IMG/VR virus record: IMGVR_UViG_3300037069_001175
Location: 1-29,018 of that record
Reading direction: 5' to 3' (one strand)
Length of the DNA stretch: 29,018 bases
Source: a virus
Taxonomy: Duplodnaviria; Caudoviricetes
Part shown: piece by piece, positions 1 through 10,300 of the stretch
Layout: every line of letters begins with the position of its first letter
Position numbering within the stretch: position 1 is the first letter of the stretch
Made by a program: the position numbers and the translations under genes
Notes under the pieces: generated by a model
The model's database searches: none
Told to the model about the DNA's origin: nothing
Seen by the model: only the letters and a program-made list of their open reading frames with translations

Positions 1-10
1 ACCCTGGCTA

Positions 11-328
11 CTAGGCGATTTCTTCCTCAGTAGCGCTAGATTGGTTAGCAGCGTCCAGACCGTTTGCTGCGGCGTGGTTGACCATAGCGGTAGTGCGAGC
101 ATCAGCGAAGCGATCTTCTTGAGTTTGTTCAACGTCGTTCGTTGTAATGTCGTTAGCTGGGTCAGTCACAGCAGGGCTAGCAATGCTGCCTGAAGCGTTC
201 AAGTCAGTGCTAGGGGCTGCATCTACTGGAGATGGGTTAGGCGCACTCTCCTGCGTTTGAGCAGTAGTATCTACACCAGTGTTTACAGTAGTAGAGTTTG
301 TAGTAGTTGTTTCGTTGTCGTCAGCCAT
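11..328 (-). CDS. Hypothetical acidic Thr/Ala-rich low-complexity protein (head module)
   Basis: 105-aa ORF with strong SD AAGGAGG upstream of ATG 328. Confidence 0.7.
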   Translation of the reverse strand: MADDNETTTTNSTTVNTGVDTTAQTQESAPNPSPVDAAPSTDLNASGSIASPAVTDPANDITTNDVEQTQEDRFADARTTAMVNHAAANGLDAANQSSATEEEIA

Positions 329-359
329 GATAGCCTCCTTTTAATTAAAATTTACGAAC

Positions 360-833
360 CTATTGTACGGTAGTGTTGCTTGCGGTTTCTGTGGATTTTT
401 CGTCAGCTTTAGCAGCTCGGCGACGTTCCAGCTCGGCTTCTAGTTCCTCATCGGTCATAGCGCCGGCTATGATAGGTTCCACATGGCCCTCAAGCAAGCG
501 AACTTGACGCTCGTAGTCGTCAGCGAAGTCTGCGACTTCAACTACGGGCGCTGCTTCTAGCGTAGTCTTATTGCTAATCCATGTCAAAATATCGATCTCA
601 CTCAAGTCGTCCAAGGCTTTCTTGAAGCGAGAAGCGATACGCTCTAGGGCCTGGAAGTCACCCTTAATTTGTTTCATCTCAACCACAACCTCTGGTGCCA
701 AGCGCCAACCGAAGTCCTGCCCCTGTGTGATGTTTGGGCTGTGGTCAGAGCTTGCCCATAGAGCCGCGATTTGTGGTTCTGTCTCTGCTACGGTTTTGAG
801 GCCGGAGCGAATATTTACCCAGTTAAGTGCCAT
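360..833 (-). CDS. Hypothetical protein, 157 aa (start corrected to MALNWVN)
   Basis: ATG at 833 overlaps the TAA of the upstream gene (TAATG coupling) and has GGGAG upstream. Confidence 0.7.
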   Translation of the reverse strand: MALNWVNIRSGLKTVAETEPQIAALWASSDHSPNITQGQDFGWRLAPEVVVEMKQIKGDFQALERIASRFKKALDDLSEIDILTWISNKTTLEAAPVVEVADFADDYERQVRLLEGHVEPIIAGAMTDEELEAELERRRAAKADEKSTETASNTTVQ

Positions 834-1084
834 TATTTTACTCCCCATGTTATTGCTTTTACTGCCCACATCTGCGCGGACTGCGCCTCGGTAATAGCGA
901 TAGAACAGAGGCGTTTTACCTCTTGGTCCGCAGTCTCCGAACGTGTCGCGTCGAGATCGTTAATGATTTCGGCATACTGTGTTTTGATTACTTGAACTGC
1001 TAGTAATTTCGATGGGTTAAAGGTTAGGCCAACAGCTTGACCACCATAACTCTCTACCAGCTCCTTATATTCTTGATCTTCCAT
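833..1084 (-). CDS. Acb2/Tad1-like helical-hairpin protein, putative cyclic-nucleotide sponge (anti-CBASS/Thoeris)
   Basis: 83 aa with AVGLTFNPS, a conserved K in helix 1 and C-terminal KRLCSIAITEAQSAQMWAVKAIT, which fits the Acb2-type R..I..T[DE].Q...M...[RK]AI helix; SD AAGGAGG. Confidence 0.65.
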   Translation of the reverse strand: MEDQEYKELVESYGGQAVGLTFNPSKLLAVQVIKTQYAEIINDLDATRSETADQEVKRLCSIAITEAQSAQMWAVKAITWGVK

Positions 1085-1085
1085 A

Positions 1086-2231
1086 TTACCTCCTTAATCC
1101 ATTTAATTGTTCACCGAACACGGCTTGGGCAGCAGCTCCCCATTCCTTGTCGTCATCAGTAGCGTCATCGACCTTACCGCCTCCGTAAATATCGGAGCGG
1201 TCCTGACGACGTTGCTGTTTAGCTTGCTGCTGTGCGGCTGGGTCTACAGCTTGTCGTGTTGCGGCCGGTGGTGTTCCGGCTGCTGGTGGTGTTGTGCCAC
1301 CGTCAGTCTCTAGCCTCTCAGCCAGCTCTGCGTAAGGTGTTAAGGCGCGCTCGTAGAACTTCTGAAGCGAGATTGGGGCCTTAGTAACGATACCGGTCTT
1401 GGGGTCTTTGACGAGTGTTTTTTCGTAATCATTCCACAACTCTTTTTGCAGGTCAGGCATAGCCTTGAGTAGCTCACCGTACTGCCACGCCACAACCTCG
1501 CTCTCCTCTTTCATGGTAATACCAGTTGAGGCGATTTCGTTGATCTGCGTACTCATTTCAGTCACGTTGTCACGCATACTCTGCTGGGCGTTAAGAAGCC
1601 ACATGCCAGCCTGTTCCTCAGTAAATGGTTGACCGGTGCGAGGATTGAGTAGCTTCATCACGTCGTCGATGCCCCGTATTGGGTCACCATCGGCGTCAGC
1701 GAGTATTGGGCGACCGCTAGCGTCTAAGAAGTACTTGGAACCGTCAGGCGTCGTTACGACAGGTTTACCATTGATTTGTTCAGTAAACATCTTCTGCGAG
1801 ATTTCAGCCTTGACGCTCGTCTCTAGTTCTTGCCGATCGCTGGCAGAAAGTTCTGGGGGGCCAGTTTGCTCATTTTCTCCAGATACTTCTTCCGTTCCAT
1901 CATCTGCTTCTTCCGCGCCATCTTCTCCTGCTTTTGCAGCGTCCTTGACAGGTTTCTCCGCTTCGCCAGCGCCTTGTCCCGCGCTAGCTTCTTCAGGTTT
2001 TTTCTCTCCGTTGGCTTGCTCATTTTTACCGTCCTCCTGTGAACTTTGTAAACCGGGGAAAATATTATCAATCGCGTTACCCCATTCGTCCGCGTCCGCT
2101 TGGTCTTCAGCGGGAGATTGATCGCTAGTATCAACTACCGGCTCTGCTACGGGAGCTACTGGTTCTGGGGCCGGTGGAGTACTCGCACCAGCGTCGCTGC
2201 TAGGTTGGATTGCTGCAAATAAATCGTCCAT
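1086..2231 (-). CDS. Putative capsid scaffolding protein
   Basis: 381 aa, very acidic, disordered termini with a helical core; lies two genes downstream of the portal; function inferred from composition and position. Confidence 0.55.
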   Translation of the reverse strand: MDDLFAAIQPSSDAGASTPPAPEPVAPVAEPVVDTSDQSPAEDQADADEWGNAIDNIFPGLQSSQEDGKNEQANGEKKPEEASAGQGAGEAEKPVKDAAKAGEDGAEEADDGTEEVSGENEQTGPPELSASDRQELETSVKAEISQKMFTEQINGKPVVTTPDGSKYFLDASGRPILADADGDPIRGIDDVMKLLNPRTGQPFTEEQAGMWLLNAQQSMRDNVTEMSTQINEIASTGITMKEESEVVAWQYGELLKAMPDLQKELWNDYEKTLVKDPKTGIVTKAPISLQKFYERALTPYAELAERLETDGGTTPPAAGTPPAATRQAVDPAAQQQAKQQRRQDRSDIYGGGKVDDATDDDKEWGAAAQAVFGEQLNGLRR

Positions 2232-2554
2232 TATCTTTTGTTCCTTTGTCTAAATTTTTCGTCCACAGTTGCAAGGGCTTGCTCCGCTGCTTCCAGCGCA
2301 GGGCTAATAATCGCGGCAGCCATTTCATGTGCGTGAATATCTTGCTTGAGCTTCAGCTCGGTCATTTGGCGGTGTCCGTCAGTGAAAGCGTGCCACTGGT
2401 CGAGGCTATCCATACCCTCTTTAAGTATCTTATAGATTTGACGCAGGGTACGCTCATCTTCCTCGTCCTTACTGAAAGTCTTGTCTTCGGCAAGCTCAGT
2501 CGGGTCGAAGAAACTTCGTACCGGTACATTTTCTTCTGGGTCTATATAACTCAT
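2231..2554 (-). CDS. Small helical protein between portal and scaffold
   Basis: 107-aa ORF, TAATG-coupled to the scaffold gene; a small gene at this position is common in P22-like head modules. Confidence 0.7.
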   Translation of the reverse strand: MSYIDPEENVPVRSFFDPTELAEDKTFSKDEEDERTLRQIYKILKEGMDSLDQWHAFTDGHRQMTELKLKQDIHAHEMAAAIISPALEAAEQALATVDEKFRQRNKR

Positions 2555-2563
2555 TGTGTTGCA

Positions 2564-2593
2564 ATCGTAGCACGCAGGCTACCTAGAGCGCAA
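2564..2593 (-). promoter_or_regulatory. Putative sigma70-type internal promoter giving a near-leaderless mRNA
   Basis: TTGCGC-N18-TACGAT with extended -10 TG; ATG (2554) is only 9 nt past the -10 and has no SD. Confidence 0.5.
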
Positions 2594-2598
2594 GCGTT

Positions 2599-4371
2599 TT
2601 ATTGTGTTACGCCGACAGCTGGGTTTACAGGTAGTGGAGAAGCCATTTGTGCTGGTGCCATTGGAGCTGCGCCTCCAGATGGGAGTGCGCCCGCGAGAGG
2701 TACCTGATCTTGTAAGAGCATGTTGGTAATCTCTTGTACTTTTTGTACGGCACCTGGTCCAAGCTCCTGTGCGTTTTGAGCCAGTACAACCAACATATCT
2801 TGGAGGTCAGCACGCTTCTTAGCGTTGATCTGGTCGGAGCTAAGGCTAACAGTGACTTCGGCACTCCACGTTTCGATAGCGGCATAGAAGTCAGCCCATA
2901 CGATGTGGATTTTATTATCATCACCGATAGTGCCGGGACGGAGATCGTTGATCGAATTCTTAGTGTCGTCATCGACGATAATATCTTCTTCGCCCTCTTG
3001 CTCAGATAATAGCGTGTCGAGTGCCACCAGTGCGTACTGGCGTAGGAAGTTTTCAAGTATCTTCGTGACCTGATTAACAGCGTTGTCTTGAACTTGCTGT
3101 GTGGCTTCAACGCCAGGGGCAGTCCTACCAGGGCTGCTTGGGCCGCCAGGTGACGGTCGTCCCATGACAGTTTTAATTTGAGCCTGGAAGTACTCAGCCA
3201 TTGGGGTGAACTGTTCGAGCGCACCGTTGTCCATGTTCTTAAGTTCGGCACTTGCCTGTGGGTCGATAGCTTTCCAGACCGCCCCCTGCTTAAGAACAAC
3301 CGGCGTCGAGAAGCGGCCTTTCTGAAAGATCGGCGGTTTACTATTAAGCAGGAGCATGGCAGCTATCTGACCGTAATAAATGTTCATCAGGTTTACGTTC
3401 GGGCTAGCGAGACGGACACGGCTTTGGCCGAATGGCGTCAAAGCTGCTGGGTCGATCACCAGGTAAATAACGCGAGGGTAGCCCCATTTAGAGCGGCTAT
3501 CCATGACGCGAAGCGGTGCCTCTGATACCTGTGGACAGAATGTGATGATGGTAGCGTCAGGCCCCGTCTCGTAACGAGTAACGAATTGGTAGGTTGGTCC
3601 TGACTGCTCGCCTGGCTGGTTCATGCGAGCCGCACCCTCGTACATAGAGTAGGTCGAGGCGAGTGGCGTGCTAGCCAGTACTTGCTTCAGCGCTGGGATA
3701 TTCCATGTCGTGTTAGGGTTTCGCATAGCGGCCTTGAGTATTTTTCGTACTCGGCTAGGCGTCAGGTTAGCGACGACATAATCGAAGCCAGTTTCGTTGT
3801 GGTCCTGAATGCCTGGCTCTGGTGCGTTATCCATGTAATGCAGTAGTTTCAGTGTCGTACCGAAGTTATTAAACATGCTGCCAGTAGCCACCATAAACGG
3901 TGCATACCCATGACTAAGTGCCTGTTCTGCGCCAATTTGCAGTGTTGAAAGTAGGCCCTTGCCAAACGTATCTTCATTGAAAGCGGTGTGCTTTAACAGA
4001 TAGGTGGAGAGCATAGCCGCAACCGAGTTCTTAGTACCGTTAATCGACATCGTGATAACAGGTAGCTGCTGGAGGCTATCGCGCGGGATAGACTTCACTT
4101 CACCGAGTAGAGTAGTGTCACCGACAAATGGGTTCTTTGGGTCATGGTTGATAGGCACGCCGTCTACTAGATCGTCGAGATATTTGAAGTCTTTGGTATA
4201 GAGGCGCACATACTCAGTAGCGAGGTTCCACTCAGTAATCATCTCGCTCATATCGATGCCCTCTGGGTTCGGTATGGTGAGGCTCTGACCGGACATGTTG
4301 GGGTCTCCCAGTTGTGGGTTGCCGCCGATGGCAAGTGATTGTGGATTGGCAAAATTTAGATTTGGTTGCAT
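2599..4371 (-). CDS. Portal protein (P22-like)
   Basis: 590 aa; segment TPFGQS..SPNVNLMNIYYGQ..LLNSKPP..KQGAVW resembles the stem/clip region of P22-type portals; adjacent to nozzle and scaffold; SD AAGGA. Confidence 0.75.
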   Translation of the reverse strand: MQPNLNFANPQSLAIGGNPQLGDPNMSGQSLTIPNPEGIDMSEMITEWNLATEYVRLYTKDFKYLDDLVDGVPINHDPKNPFVGDTTLLGEVKSIPRDSLQQLPVITMSINGTKNSVAAMLSTYLLKHTAFNEDTFGKGLLSTLQIGAEQALSHGYAPFMVATGSMFNNFGTTLKLLHYMDNAPEPGIQDHNETGFDYVVANLTPSRVRKILKAAMRNPNTTWNIPALKQVLASTPLASTYSMYEGAARMNQPGEQSGPTYQFVTRYETGPDATIITFCPQVSEAPLRVMDSRSKWGYPRVIYLVIDPAALTPFGQSRVRLASPNVNLMNIYYGQIAAMLLLNSKPPIFQKGRFSTPVVLKQGAVWKAIDPQASAELKNMDNGALEQFTPMAEYFQAQIKTVMGRPSPGGPSSPGRTAPGVEATQQVQDNAVNQVTKILENFLRQYALVALDTLLSEQEGEEDIIVDDDTKNSINDLRPGTIGDDNKIHIVWADFYAAIETWSAEVTVSLSSDQINAKKRADLQDMLVVLAQNAQELGPGAVQKVQEITNMLLQDQVPLAGALPSGGAAPMAPAQMASPLPVNPAVGVTQ

Positions 4372-4392
4372 GTTTTTGTCCTTATGTTTACT

Positions 4393-6546
4393 CTACTGCA
4401 AATCTGGCCTTACGCCAAGATTTATGCCCTCGAAGTTAATTACCCTTATCTTAAAGTTATTATACCCGGCCTCAGTCGTGAACCACCATTGTGCTTCATT
4501 CATAATGTCGTCGATCTGTACTGGTATACGAACGTCCGCTGGTTGTATCGCCACTAATGACGTATCGATCTTTGGACTAGACGCCCACCCTGGGATAGCA
4601 GGGAATTGCGCGTAGCTCCATTGAGGGTCACCCCAGCTACCCGCGCTAGATGGCACGTAGCTTGGACCAACGTATGTCTTTGATTTTGTCTTGAGCTTAC
4701 CGTTTTGGTTGCGGTAGGTAACACCGACAGTAATGGTGCCAACTAGTCCCATGACATAGAACATAGCTTGCACATCAGCCTGCCAGTGGTTGCGAGCGCC
4801 ATTTGGTGACATCGGTATAAATGCACCAGTAGCGCTGGTACTGAATGGTACTGGGACGCCATTTTTAGTGTCGAATGTTGCGGTACCAGTTTGGAGCTTG
4901 TAAGAGTGATTGCCTTGAGCCACGTAAATAAATGCGGCTTCGTTCGCCGGGCTGACGACACCAATCCACTGAGCTGGAATATCATAGGTGTAAAACGCCC
5001 CGTTATTGTTGTTCTCTGGCACCTGCTGGTTGTCGTCGAGTACTAGGATTTCTTGTGGTGTATCGAAGCCGTCAGCTGGCATCGTAAACATAAATCGGTT
5101 ATCCCACGCTGTACCAACGATCGAGGACATAGCTGAGTTCTTGATTTTTGATACATAGCCACCCATCGTCTTGATCGTCAGGTTTTCAGTCGAGATCACG
5201 TTTTGGCGAAGCGGCTGCGTGTTCATGCTCATAAGGCCATCGGTGCCCATAAAGACCAGCTTACCGTTGTAGTTGATCGCACTGTCGGCTGCGGCCACAC
5301 CAGCGGCACCATAGTGCTGGCTAATGACACCCCAGACGGTGAATGTCTGGTTGCCATAGGTAACGGTTTGTTGTTCGAGCACTGCCTGTTCTGCTAGCCC
5401 CTGAGTGTTGCTAAACAGTACGGTTAGGCTTGGTATACCCTGTCCGTTACGGAAGCCAACCACCTGCGTAACTTGGAAGTTGGTACCGAGGTTCGGCTGG
5501 GCTTTATAGCCACCGAGTGCAGAGCTGAAGCTCAGGGCGTTTTGGCCGCCTCCACCAATCCAGATGTTTGTACGGTTATCAACGTCACCAAACAGGATTG
5601 GGTTGCCCTCCTCGACGATACCGTGAGATACGCGAGGGCCATTAGTAGTATTCTCGTTTGGTGCTGGCGCGCCTAGCTGAATAGCTAGTGAGCCGTCATC
5701 AGTAAAGACCGACTGGTTAAGGTCGAGACCGGTTGCGAGTTGAAGCATATTAGTGTTCGTAATTGTACCAGCGGTCGCAGCGAGAGCGATGTATAAGTTC
5801 CAGTTCTGAGCACCCGTTGGGGCAGTTCCAGGGCGGGTAATGGTTATTTTACCTGGTGTTGTTTGATGCTGCCATTGGTCGCGGGTGACGCTCGTATAGC
5901 CTGTCATAATAGGCGACAATGCCGTTTCACCAGTAGAGGTGGTGTACGTGTAAGCGAAGTAGATAGGGTATGGATTAGTACTACTCGTGGTAGTAGCAAA
6001 GGTGATGCCAGTAGCAGTAGCCGTTACAGCTGCGGTTGGGTCAGGGATTGACGTGTATTGCGCGACCTTGAATGTCGGGCCAAGCTGTAATTCTGCGAGC
6101 CTATCACCGTTTTCACCGTTAAGAATGAGGACTGTATCAAGTGCACGCTGGAACTCTGGCTTACCACCATTATTGACAGTGACGCTATTGGTAGAGCCTG
6201 TGACAGCCCCAGCTACCGTCCATGTAGTGTCTCCCTCTTGGCAGTAGATAATCTGGCCGGCAGTACTGCCTTTTGTTTTGGCGTCGGCAGTAATGTAATA
6301 AATCTTGTTATTCCACAGAACTGGGTAAATCTGAAAGACCGTATCAACAGTATCAGGCAGAAATGGTGTCATAACTGGGCGTGGAACAAGGTAGCCGTCC
6401 GGCGTAAGCATAACGTCTTTGCTGGCGACGAAGCTGTTAGTGGCAGCTACTTGAGGACCGTTCAGGTTCAATCCACTGGCGAAGTTAAGCACATCAACAG
6501 ATGTGATCTCTTTCTGTGGTACTGAAGCGATCTTACCCGTAATCAT
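4393..6546 (-). CDS. Tail nozzle / tail tubular protein B-like (T7 gp12 or P22 gp10 analogue)
   Basis: 717 aa, beta-rich; N-terminal NFASGLN; insert with YFAYTYTTSTGETALSP..WNLY..FTDDG typical of podoviral nozzle proteins; position next to portal. Confidence 0.65.
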   Translation of the reverse strand: MITGKIASVPQKEITSVDVLNFASGLNLNGPQVAATNSFVASKDVMLTPDGYLVPRPVMTPFLPDTVDTVFQIYPVLWNNKIYYITADAKTKGSTAGQIIYCQEGDTTWTVAGAVTGSTNSVTVNNGGKPEFQRALDTVLILNGENGDRLAELQLGPTFKVAQYTSIPDPTAAVTATATGITFATTTSSTNPYPIYFAYTYTTSTGETALSPIMTGYTSVTRDQWQHQTTPGKITITRPGTAPTGAQNWNLYIALAATAGTITNTNMLQLATGLDLNQSVFTDDGSLAIQLGAPAPNENTTNGPRVSHGIVEEGNPILFGDVDNRTNIWIGGGGQNALSFSSALGGYKAQPNLGTNFQVTQVVGFRNGQGIPSLTVLFSNTQGLAEQAVLEQQTVTYGNQTFTVWGVISQHYGAAGVAAADSAINYNGKLVFMGTDGLMSMNTQPLRQNVISTENLTIKTMGGYVSKIKNSAMSSIVGTAWDNRFMFTMPADGFDTPQEILVLDDNQQVPENNNNGAFYTYDIPAQWIGVVSPANEAAFIYVAQGNHSYKLQTGTATFDTKNGVPVPFSTSATGAFIPMSPNGARNHWQADVQAMFYVMGLVGTITVGVTYRNQNGKLKTKSKTYVGPSYVPSSAGSWGDPQWSYAQFPAIPGWASSPKIDTSLVAIQPADVRIPVQIDDIMNEAQWWFTTEAGYNNFKIRVINFEGINLGVRPDLQ

Positions 6547-7331
6547 TAGAAGCCGACCCCACGAACGGCGCCAAACTCAGTATAGTCGGCAGTAGGTGAA
6601 ACAGAGCTAGCCTCGCTACGGTTAATAGCGTTTGTTAGGAGGTCGTTGTACTTCTGTGTGTATGCTGGGTTCAAACCACCTTGAACAATGTCAGGCAGAA
6701 TAGCGTTCTTAGTAGTGCCGAGTTTCAGGAGTGTCAGCGGTTTAACCGTCTTAAAGATGTCCACGTTGGTGGCAACGATGAGTTTGGTGGTGGCGCTAAT
6801 GGTAGTAGTGACGCGAGGGAGGTAGGCAGTTACGTCACCAACGATCGTACAGTTGTTCTCGGCATCGGTGAATGGGCGACTAAACATGATATTGCCATTG
6901 ACGAGAGTACAAAAGTTGTCAGCGTTTCGGCTATTATCATTACTCATGTCAGCTGGTGCCACAACCGTGAACTGGCTTTTAACGCTGCCACTTGCATCGA
7001 GTACTTGCACAAATCGGTCAGTCCCACAGATAAGGTTGTTATAGCTTGTGCTATCCCAAGTAATTGAGTTAGCCCCTGTAGTGGCTGTGCCAAGCGCAAC
7101 GCCTGGCTTGCGTACCCAAATCCAGTCGATAGGTTCACCGTCTGAATTAACTTCGTACTCAAGCTCGTCAATATACTCATTCAACCAGTCGGCAATTTGA
7201 CCTAAAAATACCTGACCATCAGATGAATTTAGGTCATCGTAGTAACGGTTTTTAATCAGCTTATAGACGCTCTGAGCGAACGCTTGGAGCTGTGCAGTTG
7301 GTGAGCCGATTAGTGTGCCATTTGGTCCCAT
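6546..7331 (-). CDS. Putative head-tail adaptor / tail tubular protein A-like
   Basis: 261 aa with helical termini and a beta middle; TAATG-coupled to the nozzle gene; positional inference. Confidence 0.5.
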   Translation of the reverse strand: MGPNGTLIGSPTAQLQAFAQSVYKLIKNRYYDDLNSSDGQVFLGQIADWLNEYIDELEYEVNSDGEPIDWIWVRKPGVALGTATTGANSITWDSTSYNNLICGTDRFVQVLDASGSVKSQFTVVAPADMSNDNSRNADNFCTLVNGNIMFSRPFTDAENNCTIVGDVTAYLPRVTTTISATTKLIVATNVDIFKTVKPLTLLKLGTTKNAILPDIVQGGLNPAYTQKYNDLLTNAINRSEASSVSPTADYTEFGAVRGVGF

Positions 7332-7352
7332 ATTGTTATCCTACCATCTCCC

Positions 7353-10300
7353 TTATGCTTTTGGCATACCTACTGTTATTTTGTGTGCTTTTATCAATGT
7401 CTGAGGGTCTGTCAGCTTGATCTGCGGAATGTTTGGCGAAATAGGTTTATTCACCATACCATTCTCGATGAAGCTCTGGCGGGCCATCTGTGGCAATGAA
7501 CCGATTGTATTTTGTTTTACTAGCGCGGCCTGACTTTTCGCACTGGCACTGCCGCTACCGCTAGTAGTGCTATCGACAGTTGAGCCGATACCAGACGTGC
7601 TATTCAAGTTCGCCGTACCACCATCGTAAACTGCCTGTGCGTTGGCGATCTCGGCAGGCTGGTTAGCCGACTTCTCGAACTGGGTAACGATAGCCTTGAT
7701 CGCCTCTGGTCCAACCTTACCCTTAGCGACGTTGGCGATTTGCTGAACAGCGTAGTCAATACCCTCTGGACTTTCAGCCCATGCCTGATCTTTACCTGGA
7801 GGCAGTGCGCCACCGACGTGCATTTGGAATGGCCCGAAGCTCGTGCCGTTATCACCGACACCGCCGCCTAAGCCCTCTTGAGCGGCGACCGATAGTAAGG
7901 CGTTAATATCAACCCCATACTTAGCACCAGCTTCCTTGATGGTTTGAATGTAAGCCGATGACTTTGGATTAGTCCCATTAAACTTAGGGTCATACGATGG
8001 AGCACCCTTTGGTTTCGTGAAGCCACCCCAGAGAGAATACTTATTGAAGTCAGCTTGGGTTTTAGCAGCGGTATCAATGAGGCTACCTCGGTTAGCGTCA
8101 GTAAGGTCGGCATGACTAAGCTGCCACTGGACATTATCGAGTAGCTTGCTTTGAGCGGCCAAGGTACCGTTGAGGTCTTTATTGTTCGAAGCGTCTTTAA
8201 TTGCATCGGTGGCGTTCTTGTAATCGAAGTCTTTTTGCTCCATTGGTGTCGAGAACTTACCGTCTGAACCCTTTTGGTATACAACCCCGTTGATCGTAGC
8301 CGAGCTTTGACCGCTATCCTTGAACTTCTGGAAGTCCATAGCCCGCTGTGCGTCATGGGCGTTGGCGAATGTTTGGGTTTTGCCGTTGATAGTTGCATAA
8401 GTTTTGTCGCCAATAGTCTGCATTGGGCTGCCATTAGGACCGCCGTTTGCTTTGAACTGAGCTGCCTGATCGCTCTGCTGGGCGTTCTTAATAGCTGTAT
8501 CAAGTGGTGCGCCTTGACCGTTAGTAAACGCCATCTTACTAGCAACGTCCTGAGCTTTAACCTTAGCAGGTGAGTTAGCTGGCATAGCAGCGGCGGCATT
8601 ATTAGCGTGAATTTGGGCCTCTCCATCTGTCTTTAGGAGTGCATTACGAACCGTTGACTGGTCTTTAACTGGCAGCTGCATAATGGCATTATTGTCTTTT
8701 GCCTGCGTTGGACTTTCGTTATCGCCACGCGTAATGTTGCTGAGTAAATCATTTGCAGCGACACCTGGATTGCGTTGAAGCATTGTCTGACCGACAACTG
8801 GTATTTTGTTCAATAGCGAGTTGAAATCAGAGTGTGGAATATCTTTGGCAGTCGATGGGGCACCGCTCTTATCGGTTACACCAAGTTCGCCTTTAGTGAC
8901 TTTCGTAATCGCGGTCTCATGGTTCGGGTTGAGGCCACCGATGTTGAACTGGTTAATAGCGGTATTAGCATCACTTGCGGCACCTGGAATATAAGAGCCA
9001 GCAACGTCAGTTGCGGCGGTTGCCGCTACGTCAGGACCAGTAATGCCATTCTTATTTTGTAGGAATTCCTGAACCTGCTTGACGAACTCGTTATTGCCAC
9101 CAAGCATTGTATTAGTGAGGTATGAGTGAGCCAGAGTATTGAAAGTACTACCGGCAGCGTCGGCGATTTTCTGAACAACAGATTTGTTCGAAGATTTATC
9201 GGTCATGGCTTGATGAGTAGCCGCACCCATAACGATGCCCGGAGCGAAGAAGCCCAGGAAGCCGATTGGGATATAATGGCTACCTACATGGAGATACATA
9301 CCCTCATCGTTATAGCCCTCAGCGTTGGTCGTAGTGAGCATACCATTGCTCGCTAGTGCGTACCCAGCGCTCATTGCCCCGGCAGTATTTGTAGCTAGCC
9401 CAGCAATCTGGTGGACTAGCTCTTGTGGGTCTTTAATAGTCGGTGCGCCGTCTTTGAAGCTAATCTGTCCAGCGATCTTCACGAGGTTCGCAACAGCGTT
9501 CTTATCGGTAGCGCCGTTCCAAGCAGCACCAGCGGCCCAGCGAGTAAACGGTGCGACAATGTTGCGGACTTGCTCTCCGGCAAACTCACCTAGTTTGCCG
9601 AGCTTGTTGTTCTCAACTGCTTGACCAAATTTGCTCCCAGTAAATGCCTTAGATGCCCTGCTCATAAAATCGGTGAGCTTATTGTCATTCATGTTGTTGA
9701 TCTCATCGACGAGGCCGCTACCAGCTCTCTGCATGGCAGGAGTTGGATTAGCCGCGCGTCCAGCTGCCCATATTTTAAGGTCGTCCCCCTGGAGACCCAT
9801 CTGTTGACCCTCTTGAGTAGCGAGCTGTTGGATTTTAGCGCTACCTACGCCCTCACTCAAGTTGGTTGCAGTTTCAGCCATAGAGTGTCCAAGGTTACGA
9901 ACAAACCGAGTAACCCCGTTACCGGCGTTAGCACTACCGAGTTGGGCTTTGCCGCCTAGCCCCTTTTGTCGGATAGCTGAATAAAGGTCAGGAGTTTCAG
10001 TGTTACCCTTATAGTTTTCAGCTAGATCGCGTGCACCCTGACCAGTACCCTGCGCCATAGCCTTAACACTTGGCATAGTATCAACAAACTGACCAGCGTT
10101 ACCAGTGGCTTTGTTGAGTAGCTTACCCATACCAGCCTCAATGCCTGATTGAGTGAGCGAGTGGAGGGCATTTATGCCTGTCGTTGCAATGTCACTTAAT
10201 CGGCCCGTAACCTTAGTAAGCATTGATGACCTTGCGTAGTCACCAGCAGTTTTAGCGAAGTCGCCCTTTTGCGGAGCGAGTTCAGAGTATGTCTTGCCAA

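Noticed and set aside
2625-3299. 224-aa alternative-frame ORF inside the portal, and the similar 252-aa ORF at 7868-8626
   Set aside because: Both are fully nested, have the Leu/Ser/Arg-rich composition typical of shifted frames and show no convincing SD
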